From assembly GCA_949747775.1 (NCBI GenBank), contig CATKGX010000112.1, forward strand, positions 1-54,382: 54,382 bases of DNA. Direction: 5' to 3'. A program made the position numbers and the translations under genes. This DNA comes from an uncultured Clostridia bacterium. GTDB taxonomy: Bacteria > Bacillota > Clostridia > TANB77 > CAG-508. Below the pieces are notes generated by a model that had not been told where the DNA came from, did not search any database, and saw nothing but the letters and a program-made list of their open reading frames with translations. Below, one piece after another: positions 29,179 to 37,851 of the stretch. Each line of letters opens with the position of its first letter. Position 1 is the first letter of the stretch.

Positions 29179-29721
29179 ATGTCAAGTAAAGAAAAAAAGA
29201 TGATTGTAATATTACTAATCGTAGTAGCAATTGCAATAGGAATACTATTTAAGGTAAAAAATAAAAATAAAGGAAGTATAGAAAAAGGAGATAGTGATAT
29301 TTGGAAAACAAGTGGAATCGATGTAAATGACGAAGCATATAAAGACAAAAAAATTTATGAAAAAGATGGAGATATCATAATAGAAGGAGCAGATGGAAGT
29401 AAAACAATAGAAAGCAAAAAAGGAGAGCCAACAGACCTAAAGGAAGTATCAACACAAGAGAAAGAGCAATACGAAATAACAGATGTAAAAATAGATGTAC
29501 AAGGAAATAGAACAAGCATAACAGGAAAAGTAAAAAACAATGGAAAAGACACACGCAAAGTATGTGTACAAGTAAAATTCTATTCAGAAAACAGAGCAAA
29601 AGGTTCAGCAAGTACAGTAATAGAAGGAGTAAAAGCGGGAGAAGCAAAGTCATTTGACATGTATGTTATGGGAAACATGAAAGGATTTACACATAAAATA
29701 GAAGTGACTTATACAAACTAG
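29179..29721 (+). CDS. Small membrane-anchored protein with an FxLYD-like C-terminal beta domain (tentative)
   Basis: The N-terminal TM segment is MIVILLIVVAIAIGILF. The C-terminus ITGKVKNNGKDTRKVCVQVKFYSEN...AGEAKSFD resembles FxLYD-domain proteins, from memory. Confidence 0.6.
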   Translation: MSSKEKKMIVILLIVVAIAIGILFKVKNKNKGSIEKGDSDIWKTSGIDVNDEAYKDKKIYEKDGDIIIEGADGSKTIESKKGEPTDLKEVSTQEKEQYEITDVKIDVQGNRTSITGKVKNNGKDTRKVCVQVKFYSENRAKGSASTVIEGVKAGEAKSFDMYVMGNMKGFTHKIEVTYTN

Positions 29722-29740
29722 CCAATAAGTAATACAAATA

Positions 29741-29774
29741 AAAGCATCAGCAGAAATGCCAGATGCTTTTATTT
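29741..29774 (+). terminator. Rho-independent terminator
   Basis: AAAGCATC pairs with GATGCTTT, followed by a T-rich tail. Confidence 0.6.
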
Positions 29775-29870
29775 AGCATAAAAAATTCAAAAATACTTGT
29801 ACAAACAAATTTATTATGATATATTATGAATATAATTATGCGAAGTCTTAGATAAAGGGGTGGAATTTCT

Positions 29871-30614
29871 ATGGAAGAAAATAACCTAGAAGCAAAAAAA
29901 ACAATATTAATTGTAGATGACGAAAAACCAATCGTAGATATATTAGTATATAACTTACAAAAAGAAGGATACAATACATTAGAAGCAAATGATGGAGAAG
30001 AAGCAGTACGCATTGCATTTGAAGAACAAATTGATTTAATTTTATTAGACATCATGTTACCAAAAATGGATGGATTAACTGTATGCAAAAAAATAAGAAA
30101 TTCATTTAATATACCAATTATTATGATTTCAGCAAAAGATGAAGAAATAGATAAAATATTAGGGCTAGAATTAGGGGCAGATGACTATATTACAAAACCA
30201 TTTAGTGTTAGGGAATTAGTAGCCAGAGTAAAAGCCAATTTAAGAAAAGCAGATGCAACCACAAAAGTAGCAGAAGCACCAAAAGTAAATAAAAATGAGG
30301 TTGAGGAAGAAAACGTTGTTGTGATTGGTGAACTATCATTAAATCTAGATAAATTTGAAGTAAAAGTACGAGGCAAAGCAATTGATTTAACATTAAGAGA
30401 ATTTGAAGTACTAAGATATTTAGCAAATCAGCCAGGACAAGTTGTTACAAGAGAAGTCTTACTTGAAAAAGTTTGGGGATATGAATATTATGGAGACATC
30501 AGAACAGTAGACGTTACAATTAGAAGAATTAGAGAGAAAATAGAAAACGATACCTCAAGTCCAAAAATATTAATTACCAAAAGAGGGGTAGGCTATTACC
30601 TATCATCAAAATAG
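29871..30614 (+). CDS. OmpR-family response regulator, WalR/VicR-like
   Basis: ILIVDDEKPIVDILVYNLQKEGY, DLILLDIMLPKMDG, and the winged-helix C-terminus LTLREFEVLRYL...RGVGY. There is an unusually long linker of about 20 residues (TTKVAEAPKVNKNEVEEEN). Confidence 0.9.
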   Translation: MEENNLEAKKTILIVDDEKPIVDILVYNLQKEGYNTLEANDGEEAVRIAFEEQIDLILLDIMLPKMDGLTVCKKIRNSFNIPIIMISAKDEEIDKILGLELGADDYITKPFSVRELVARVKANLRKADATTKVAEAPKVNKNEVEEENVVVIGELSLNLDKFEVKVRGKAIDLTLREFEVLRYLANQPGQVVTREVLLEKVWGYEYYGDIRTVDVTIRRIREKIENDTSSPKILITKRGVGYYLSSK

Positions 30615-30689
30615 TATTATCAAAACAAAGGGACTTTGGCAAAAAAATTGCTAAGGTTCCTTGTTTTCATGAAGGAAAGGAGTTATTAC

Positions 30690-32117
30690 ATGAATCGAAA
30701 TATACAAGTTAAAGTTGTCCTTATATTTTTTGTATTAGGAATTCTACTAATTGCAAGTTTGGGTATGAAACATATTTATATGCTACAAGAATTACAATCT
30801 ATACAAAGTAATGAACCACAAATGGTAAATATTTTACAAGAACAAATGAACCAAACAAAATTAATTATGGTAATTGCAACAGGGGTATACATGGTTATTT
30901 CCATATTAGTGGGATTTTTTGTATCAAAGGTATTGGTATCACCTATGAAAAAGCTCATTAAAAGTGCCGAAAAAATTGCCTCAGGAGAAAACATAGAAAT
31001 AGAGCAAGCAACAAATGGCGATAGTGAAGTAGGAGACTTAACAAATGCATTTAGTATGATGACAGTAGAGCTAAAACAAAAATTTAATGAAGTAAATCGT
31101 CAAAAGAAGCAAATTGAAACAATTCTGCTACATATGACAGATGGAATTATCGCATTTGATATGGAAGGAAAAATTATTCATATTAACCCTGCAGCGAAAC
31201 AGCTATTAAGTATTACAGAAGCAGATAACACTTTTGAAAAGATATTTAAGAAATTAAAAATAGATATTAATATGGAAAAAATAATATACTTAGAAAACTG
31301 GACATCATCAGAACAAAGAAAAAACGTAGGAGAAAAATTTATTAATATCCTATTTGCACCATTTCAAGATGAAAATGATAGACCAGGTGGCGTTATGGTA
31401 CTAATACAAGACATTACAGAACATGTAAAATTAGACAATATGCGTAAGGAATTTGTGGCAGATGTATCACACGAATTAAAAACACCAATTACATCTATTA
31501 TGGGATATGCAGATACATTACTAGAAGGAGAATATGACAAAGAAACACAAAACAAATTTTTAAATGTAATTGCATCAGAAGCAAGAAGAATGGCTAAATT
31601 AGTAACAGACCTATTAACATTATCTCGATATGATAATAAAAAAATACGTTCAGAACAAACAGAATTTGACCTAGGAGATCTCGTAAAGAAATGTCAAGAA
31701 AAGCTAAAATTTGAAATTGAAAAGAAAAATCACCATATGGAATGCTTTGTAACAGCAAGTGTACCACCAGTAGAAGCAGACAAAGACGGAATAGAACGAG
31801 TGGTCTTAAACATCTTATCAAATGCCATTAAATATACCCCAGACAATGGCATGATAAAAGTATATGTAGGATTTGTATACAATGATGCATATATTAAAAT
31901 TATTGATAATGGAATCGGAATCCCAGAAGAAGACTTAAGCAGAATTTTTGATAGATTCTATCGTGTTGATAAAGCTCGTACTAGAGAAATGGGAGGAACA
32001 GGACTAGGATTGTCAATTGCAAAAGAAATTTTAAACCAAAACAAAGGAAGTATAGATATTAAAAGTGAAGCTGGCAAAGGAACAGAAGTAGTAATCCGCC
32101 TTCCAGCAAAAAAATAG
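30690..32117 (+). CDS. Sensor histidine kinase (TM-HAMP-PAS-HisKA-HATPase), WalK-like
   Basis: ATG 30690 follows AGGAG. The H-box is FVADVSHELKTPITSI, the N-box is NILSNAIKYTP, and the G-boxes are DNGIGIP and GGTGLGLSIAK. Confidence 0.9.
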   Translation: MNRNIQVKVVLIFFVLGILLIASLGMKHIYMLQELQSIQSNEPQMVNILQEQMNQTKLIMVIATGVYMVISILVGFFVSKVLVSPMKKLIKSAEKIASGENIEIEQATNGDSEVGDLTNAFSMMTVELKQKFNEVNRQKKQIETILLHMTDGIIAFDMEGKIIHINPAAKQLLSITEADNTFEKIFKKLKIDINMEKIIYLENWTSSEQRKNVGEKFINILFAPFQDENDRPGGVMVLIQDITEHVKLDNMRKEFVADVSHELKTPITSIMGYADTLLEGEYDKETQNKFLNVIASEARRMAKLVTDLLTLSRYDNKKIRSEQTEFDLGDLVKKCQEKLKFEIEKKNHHMECFVTASVPPVEADKDGIERVVLNILSNAIKYTPDNGMIKVYVGFVYNDAYIKIIDNGIGIPEEDLSRIFDRFYRVDKARTREMGGTGLGLSIAKEILNQNKGSIDIKSEAGKGTEVVIRLPAKK

Positions 32118-32193
32118 GGTCTAATAGTATTGCTATTACTTAGTAATACTGATGACAAAAAAACAGACGAAGATTAGACACAAGAACTAATCA

Positions 32194-32221
32194 TGAGGTG
32201 GGTGCTGACCACCTCTTTTTT
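32194..32221 (+). terminator. Terminator after the kinase gene
   Basis: GAGGTGG pairs with CCACCTC, followed by TTTTTTT. Confidence 0.75.
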
Positions 32222-32439
32222 GCAAAAAAGAGGATATGTGTTGTTGATACACATATCCGAACTCTAAGTCTGTTGCTATGATAACAAACTCACTTATAAG
32301 CTATTTATAGTATACGATATTCTGTATTATATATCAAATATATTTTTTTATTACTAATTAAAAGAAATAACAATATTTGCTAAAATGAAAACGGCAAAAT
32401 GGACCTTGAATACATCATGGAGCATTTGGTCAAATCGTA

Positions 32440-32468
32440 TTGACATATCAGTTCCAAAATAATATACT
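32440..32468 (+). promoter_or_regulatory. Promoter candidate (TTGACA-17 nt-TATACT) for the oxidoreductase operon
   Basis: TTGACA at 32440-32445 and TATACT at 32463-32468. Confidence 0.5.
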
Positions 32469-32502
32469 TTAGATATTAATAAAAAAGGAGGTTTTAGATG
32501 GC

Positions 32503-33084
32503 ATGGAGAATAACTTAGTAGAAATTAGATGGCATGGTAGAGGCGGTCAAGGTGCAAAAACAGCATCGTTGTTACTAGCTGATGCGGCATTTAATACAGG
32601 AAAATATATTCAAGGTTTTCCTGAATATGGACCAGAAAGAATGGGAGCACCAATTACAGCATATAACAGAATTAGCGATAACCCTATTCGCATACATAGT
32701 AATATATATGAACCAGATTATGTGGTAGTAGTAGATGATACACTTTTAGAAAGCGTAGATGTAACAGCAGGATTAAAAGAAACAGGAGCAATTGTCATTA
32801 ATACAACAAAGGATGCTTCTTATTTAAAAAATGTATTAAAGGGGTATCAAGGAAAAATTTACACGATTGATGCAAGAACAGTATCAATGGAAACATTAGG
32901 AAAGTATTTCCCGAACACGCCAATGCTTGCAGCAATTGTAAAAGTAAGTGGAATTATGAAAGAAGAAGATTTCATAGAAGATATGAAAGGATCTTTTAAA
33001 CATAAATTTGCAAAAAAACCAGAAGTAATAGAAGGAAATATGAAAGCATTAGAAATGGCTTTAAAATCTGTAAAAGAAGTATAA
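32503..33084 (+). CDS. porC: 2-oxoacid (pyruvate):ferredoxin oxidoreductase, gamma subunit
   Basis: IRWHGRGGQGAKTAS and FPEYGPERMGAP. It is the first gene of a gamma-delta-alpha-beta operon. Confidence 0.9.
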   Translation: MENNLVEIRWHGRGGQGAKTASLLLADAAFNTGKYIQGFPEYGPERMGAPITAYNRISDNPIRIHSNIYEPDYVVVVDDTLLESVDVTAGLKETGAIVINTTKDASYLKNVLKGYQGKIYTIDARTVSMETLGKYFPNTPMLAAIVKVSGIMKEEDFIEDMKGSFKHKFAKKPEVIEGNMKALEMALKSVKEV

Positions 33085-33134
33085 TGCAAAAACAGTTATA
33101 AAAAGTATATGATTGTTTTAAAGGAGGAAGAATA

Positions 33135-33434
33135 ATGCAAATTAATAAAAACACACCAGCTTGTGATTTAACAATTGGAGGAAACATCTATGAAGCTGGA
33201 AATGCTAGGGAATTTAAAACAGGAGATTGGAGAAGTATTAAACCAATTTATATTACAGAAAAATGTAAACAATGTGGACTATGTTTCCCTGTATGTCCAG
33301 ATGACGCTATTCCAGTTGGAAAAGACCAAAAAAGAACAGACTTTAATTATGATTACTGCAAGGGATGTGGCGTATGTGCAAAAGTTTGTCCATTTGGAGC
33401 AATTGAAATGAAAACAGAAGGAGAAAATGAATAA
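33135..33434 (+). CDS. porD: 2-oxoacid:ferredoxin oxidoreductase, delta subunit (2x[4Fe-4S])
   Basis: Two cysteine clusters: CKQCGLCFPVCP and CKGCGVCAKVCP. Confidence 0.9.
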   Translation: MQINKNTPACDLTIGGNIYEAGNAREFKTGDWRSIKPIYITEKCKQCGLCFPVCPDDAIPVGKDQKRTDFNYDYCKGCGVCAKVCPFGAIEMKTEGENE

Positions 33435-33459
33435 CAAAATTTGAAAAGGAGAAGATAAA

Positions 33460-34644
33460 ATGAGTATAAGAGAACGTTTAAGTGGAAACGAAGCTGCTGC
33501 AACAGCGATGAAACAAATTAATCCAGATGTTGTTGCTGCATTTCCGATTACACCATCAACAGAAATACCACAATATTTTTCTACATTTGTTAGCAATGGT
33601 ACCGTTGACACAGAATTTGTTGCAGTAGAAAGTGAGCATAGTGCGATGAGTGCTTGTATAGGTGCTCAGGCAGCAGGAGCAAGAGCTATGACAGCGACAT
33701 CAGCAAATGGACTAAGTTTAATGTGGGAAATGATATATATTGCATCAAGCCTAAGACTACCAATTGTTATGTCTTTAGTAAATCGTGCTGTGTCTGGACC
33801 ATTAAATATTCACAATGACCATTCAGATGCAATGGGAGTACGTGATAGTGGATGGCTTATGCTATTTTCAGAAGACAATCAAGAAGCATATGACAACTTA
33901 GTAATGGCACATAGAATAGCCGAACATAAAGATGTATTGTTACCACTAATGGTATGCCAAGATGGATTTATTACATCACATTCCATTGAAAATATTGAAT
34001 TAATTGAAGACGAAAAAGTAAAAGAATTTGTAGGAACATACAAACCAGAACATTATTTATTAAATGATAAAGAGCCAATGGCAGTAGGACCAATGGATTT
34101 ACAAGCATATCTATTTGAACACAAATATGAGCAAGCAGAAGCAATGAGAAGAGCGAAAAAGGTCATTTTAGAAGTAGCAGAAGAATTTGAAAAAATGACA
34201 GGAAGAAAGTATGGCTTTTTTGAAGAATATAAACTAGATGATGCAGAAATAGCAGTAGTTTGTATGAACTCTACTGCGGGAACAACAAAAGATGTTGTAG
34301 ATAGCTTAAGAGCAAAAGGAATAAAAGCTGGAATGCTAAAGGTACGTGTATATAGACCATTCCCAGCAGAAGAAATAGCAAAAGCATTATCACATCTAAA
34401 AGCAGTTGCAGTACTTGACAAAGCAGATTCTTTAAATGGAGCAGGAGGAGCATTGTTTGAAGATGTAGCAAGTGCAATGTATGTTGGTGGAAACCAAGTA
34501 AAAGCAGTCAACTATGTTTATGGAATTGGTGGAAGAGATACAACTGCAAAAGAAATTGAAACTGTATATACAGACTTAGAAGAAATTGCGAAAACAGGTA
34601 AAGTAGAAAATCCATACAGATATCTTGGATTAAGAAAGGAGTAA
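33460..34644 (+). CDS. porA: 2-oxoacid:ferredoxin oxidoreductase, alpha subunit
   Basis: GNEAAA...AFPITPSTEI...ESEHSAMSAC...TATSANGL. Confidence 0.9.
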   Translation: MSIRERLSGNEAAATAMKQINPDVVAAFPITPSTEIPQYFSTFVSNGTVDTEFVAVESEHSAMSACIGAQAAGARAMTATSANGLSLMWEMIYIASSLRLPIVMSLVNRAVSGPLNIHNDHSDAMGVRDSGWLMLFSEDNQEAYDNLVMAHRIAEHKDVLLPLMVCQDGFITSHSIENIELIEDEKVKEFVGTYKPEHYLLNDKEPMAVGPMDLQAYLFEHKYEQAEAMRRAKKVILEVAEEFEKMTGRKYGFFEEYKLDDAEIAVVCMNSTAGTTKDVVDSLRAKGIKAGMLKVRVYRPFPAEEIAKALSHLKAVAVLDKADSLNGAGGALFEDVASAMYVGGNQVKAVNYVYGIGGRDTTAKEIETVYTDLEEIAKTGKVENPYRYLGLRKE

Positions 34645-34650
34645 AAGGAC

Positions 34651-35604
34651 ATGGCATATAATTTTAAAGAAATTATCGCAGAAAAACCATCAAGGTTTAC
34701 TGCAGGACATAGAATGTGTGCTGGTTGTGGAGCTCCACCAGTAGCAAGAATGATATTAAGAGCCCTAAAACCAGAAGACCATGCAGTAATATCAAATGCA
34801 ACAGGCTGTATGGAAGTATCAAGTTTTATTTACCCATATACATCATGGACAGATTCATATATTCATACAGCATTTGAAAATGCAGCGGCAACTTGTTCAG
34901 GAGTAGAAGCAGCATATAAATCACTAAAAAAACAAGGAAAACTACCAGAAGATAAACATACAAAATTTATTAGTTTTGGTGGAGATGGTGGAACTTACGA
35001 CATAGGGCTTCAAAGTTTATCAGGAGCCATGGAAAGAGGACACGACATGGTATATGTATGCTATGACAATGGAGCATACATGAACACAGGAATCCAACGT
35101 TCATCTGCAACACCAAAATTTGCAGATACAACAACAAGCCCAGCAGGAAAAGTCATTCCAGGAAAAATGCAATCAAGAAAAGACTTAAGCATGATTATGG
35201 TATCACATCATATTCCATATGTAGCACAAACAATTGCAGTAAATAACTTTAAAGACTTATACGAAAAATCAGAAAAAGCAATTTATACAGAAGGACCAGC
35301 ATTTTTAAATGTATTAGCACCATGTCCAAGAGGATGGGGATATCCAACCGACATGTTAATGCAAATTAATAAATTAGCTGTAGAAACATGCTACTGGCCA
35401 TTATACGAAGTAGTAGATGGAAAATACAAAATCACATATAAGCCAGCAAAAAAACTACCAGTAGAAGAATTTCTAAGACCACAAAAAAGATTTAGCCACA
35501 TGTTTAAACCAGGAAATGAATGGATGATAGAAGAATTCCAAAAAGAAGTAGATAAAAGATGGCAAGAATTATTAGATTTAGAAGAAATGAGTAACAAAGA
35601 ATAA
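34651..35604 (+). CDS. porB: 2-oxoacid:ferredoxin oxidoreductase, beta subunit (TPP-binding)
   Basis: CAGCGAP, GGDGGTYDIG and YDNGAYMNTGIQRS. Confidence 0.9.
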   Translation: MAYNFKEIIAEKPSRFTAGHRMCAGCGAPPVARMILRALKPEDHAVISNATGCMEVSSFIYPYTSWTDSYIHTAFENAAATCSGVEAAYKSLKKQGKLPEDKHTKFISFGGDGGTYDIGLQSLSGAMERGHDMVYVCYDNGAYMNTGIQRSSATPKFADTTTSPAGKVIPGKMQSRKDLSMIMVSHHIPYVAQTIAVNNFKDLYEKSEKAIYTEGPAFLNVLAPCPRGWGYPTDMLMQINKLAVETCYWPLYEVVDGKYKITYKPAKKLPVEEFLRPQKRFSHMFKPGNEWMIEEFQKEVDKRWQELLDLEEMSNKE

Positions 35605-35610
35605 AATAGA

Positions 35611-35648
35611 ACAGAGCTGAAATCAAAACAATTTCAGCTCTGTTTTTG
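35611..35648. terminator. Bidirectional terminator between porB and the ankyrin gene
   Basis: A 13-bp stem, ACAGAGCTGAAAT pairing with ATTTCAGCTCTGT, followed by TTTTT. Confidence 0.8.
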
Positions 35649-35656
35649 CTAGGAAC

Positions 35657-36187
35657 TTAAAGCTCCTGAAAGGCCTGAACTAAGTTCTCACGGTTACGGT
35701 CACTCGAAATACTAATAAGCCACTGCTTTTCTTCCTTAGAAGGAATAAAACCAGTATCCTTCAGAATTTGTACAAATTCTACCGAGCCACAAGTGGCAAT
35801 GGTAAAAAGAGTAATACTAGCATTAGTCCTAACGTCAGCGCCAGCTTCCAGAAGTCTTCTAAAGATTTTAACATCTTCAGAAAAAACCTTACCGTAAAGT
35901 AAGCTAGCGTACCGGTCTAATTTAACATCAAGACCGAATTCAAACAGAATTGGCAAGATGTCATCTGCATACTGGTCCCGAAGAACACCAACAGGAGAGT
36001 GATGTTTACTACCATTGGGGTTAGCCCCCTGTAGTAAAAGCCTACGTACCTCCTCGGCATCTCCAAACCGACAAGCATTCTCAAGGCACATATTTAAGCG
36101 AAACTGCGTGAGCCTTTGCTTGTCGCGACGCTTCCTGCTAGGACACTTGTGCTTATAAGGCCGCCGAGATGACTGATAATAGTTCAT
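35657..36187 (-). CDS. Ankyrin-repeat protein with a very basic N-terminus, on a high-GC islet
   Basis: ANK-type segments: DAEEVRRLLLQGANPNG and DVKIFRRLLEAGADVRTN. The N-terminus is SSRRPYKHKCPSRKRRDKQR. AGGAGG lies upstream. There are five in-frame CGG (Arg) codons. Confidence 0.75.
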   Translation of the reverse strand: MNYYQSSRRPYKHKCPSRKRRDKQRLTQFRLNMCLENACRFGDAEEVRRLLLQGANPNGSKHHSPVGVLRDQYADDILPILFEFGLDVKLDRYASLLYGKVFSEDVKIFRRLLEAGADVRTNASITLFTIATCGSVEFVQILKDTGFIPSKEEKQWLISISSDRNRENLVQAFQEL

Positions 36188-36320
36188 AGATATTTCCTCC
36201 TTTAATTAAAAAAGAAATTGATTTACAATTGAAATATATCGGAACTATTAGATATTATAACATGAAATTATGTAAAGTGCAACAAAAGGGCTATTCTATT
36301 GATTGATTTTTAGCAAAGTG

Positions 36321-36455
36321 TAACGCTTTGGAAGGTTCAAGGTGGGATAAGTCCTGCATATGGAGTTTATATTTTTAAACATCCGACAGGCTCCTGTTTA
36401 AAAACATAAACTCCGCGCGTCCTTCAAATGCATACTCTTCCAAAGCTGTATGAGC
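36321..36455 (+). repeat. Copy B of the ~134-nt interspersed hairpin-forming repeat
   Basis: Near-identical to 40163-40296. The inner 20-bp stem is GGAGTTTATATTTTTAAACA pairing with TGTTTAAAAACATAAACTCC. The outer stem is GCTTTGGAAG pairing with CTTCCAAAGC. Confidence 0.85.
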
Positions 36456-36492
36456 TAAACTAATATAATATAGTATTCTATATTATAGAGTA

Positions 36493-36655
36493 GCCCCAAG
36501 TATGTATATCCCATTTTTTTGAATAGCCTGAACGTTCCCTAAGACCCGCGGAGGCTTCAAAAGCGATTACACGCTCCTTGTGAGGGACCTAAGCTTTTTG
36601 AAAATGACCCTGCTATTGAAGGCATTCAAAAAAATGGGATATATATACTTGGGGC
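36493..36655. repeat. 163-nt palindromic element with ~35-nt terminal inverted repeats (MITE-like or structured RNA)
   Basis: The left arm is GCCCCAAGTATGTATATCCCATTTTTTTGAATAGCC. The right arm is GGCATTCAAAAAAATGGGATATATATACTTGGGGC. The ~92-nt core is more GC-rich than its surroundings. Confidence 0.8.
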
Positions 36656-36690
36656 GGGTTATTTTAAATAAAACAAACCAAACTAGTGCA

Positions 36691-36727
36691 AAAAGAAAGA
36701 CTCTCCTATCAATTTAATAAGAGAGTC
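36691..36727 (-). terminator. Terminator after the ferredoxin gene
   Basis: GACTCTC pairs with GAGAGTC, with TTTCTTTT following on the minus strand. Confidence 0.6.
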
Positions 36728-36742
36728 TTCAAAAATAATACT

Positions 36743-36913
36743 CTATTCCTCTTCAGGAGCTTCAACAGGGCAAACACCTGCACAAGTTCCACAAGAAATA
36801 CATTGTTCTGGATCAATTACATATCTTTCATCACCTTGTGAAATACAAGTAACAGGACAAGCTCCTGCACAAGCACCACAACTAATGCATTTATCAGTAA
36901 TTTTATAAGCCAT
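36743..36913 (-). CDS. Clostridial-type 2x[4Fe-4S] ferredoxin, 56 aa (not in the ORF track)
   Basis: My translation of the reverse strand is MAYKITDKCISCGACAGACPVTCISQGDERYVIDPEQCISCGTCAGVCPVEAPEEE*. It has two CxxCxxCxxxCP motifs and GGAGGTG 7 nt upstream. Confidence 0.9.
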   Translation of the reverse strand: MAYKITDKCISCGACAGACPVTCISQGDERYVIDPEQCISCGTCAGVCPVEAPEEE

Positions 36914-36927
36914 GAATCTTCACCTCC

Positions 36928-37851
36928 TTAAATATCATCATTTCCTTTATTTTTACTATCTTGCATTTCTAAATGTTCAAGTTCTTGTAGTTCTTTCATA
37001 TTCTCTCGTTCTTCTGCATCTATCTTTTCAGAATAAGCTTGCTTTAAAATTTTTATATCACTTGATGGATATTTTTTATAAAAATAATTGTTATCTTCAT
37101 CTTTAAATTTGACACGGACAATTTCTTTTAACGTTTCAACTGAATCAACGATACCTTCTCCGTCAACTGTCTTTACAGTTGAGCCAATTTTAGGAAGTCT
37201 TTTTAGTTTATCTTCATAAACATCTTGCTCATATTTTAAACAACACATTAAACGACCACAATTTCCAGAAATCTTTGAAGGGTTTAAAGAAATATTTTGT
37301 TCTTTTGCCATTTTAATAGAAACAGTTTCAAAATCGCCTAAAAAAGAACAACAACATAGTTCTCTGCCACAAACGCCATTTCCACCAATACGTTTTACTT
37401 CATCTCTTACACCAATTTGTCTAAGCTCAATTCTAGTTTTGAAAATAGAAGCAAGTTCTTTTACTAATTCTCTAAAATCAATTCTGCCATCAGCAGTAAA
37501 GAAAAATAAAATTTTACTATTATCAAATTTATATTCAACATCTGTTAAGTGCATGTCTAATTGATATTTTTTTATTTTCTCTTCGCAAATAGTAAAAGCT
37601 TCTTTTTCTTTCTTTTTGTTTTCTTCATCATGCTTTAAATCTTTAGGAGTAGCAATACGTATGACTTGCTTTAGTGGTGCGACTAATTTCTCTTCAGGAA
37701 TACTTCTTTTACTAACAACAACTTCAGCAAGTTCTTCTCCAGCAGATGTCTCAACAATTACTTTATCTTTTAATTTAATATCTATGTAACCAGGGTCAAA
37801 GAAGTATACTTTTCCAGGTTTCTTAAATTTAATGCCAACTATATTTTTCAT
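36928..37851 (-). CDS. ricT: PSP1-domain protein RicT/YaaT
   Basis: VGIKFKKPGKVYFFD and the Cys-rich core GVCGRELCCCSF...CGRLMCCLKYE. It has the conserved position downstream of holB. Confidence 0.9.
   Translation of the reverse strand: MKNIVGIKFKKPGKVYFFDPGYIDIKLKDKVIVETSAGEELAEVVVSKRSIPEEKLVAPLKQVIRIATPKDLKHDEENKKKEKEAFTICEEKIKKYQLDMHLTDVEYKFDNSKILFFFTADGRIDFRELVKELASIFKTRIELRQIGVRDEVKRIGGNGVCGRELCCCSFLGDFETVSIKMAKEQNISLNPSKISGNCGRLMCCLKYEQDVYEDKLKRLPKIGSTVKTVDGEGIVDSVETLKEIVRVKFKDEDNNYFYKKYPSSDIKILKQAYSEKIDAEERENMKELQELEHLEMQDSKNKGNDDI

Noticed and set aside
24411-29348. Minus-strand ORFs inside and just after the GLUG-repeat gene
   Set aside because: They are leucine- and histidine-rich nonsense translations of the antisense of a glycine-rich gene, and they repeat with the same period as the sense modules.
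33175-33411. Alternative-frame 78-aa ORF inside porD
   Set aside because: The porD frame carries two CxxCxxCxxxCP clusters. The alternative frame has no motif or SD.
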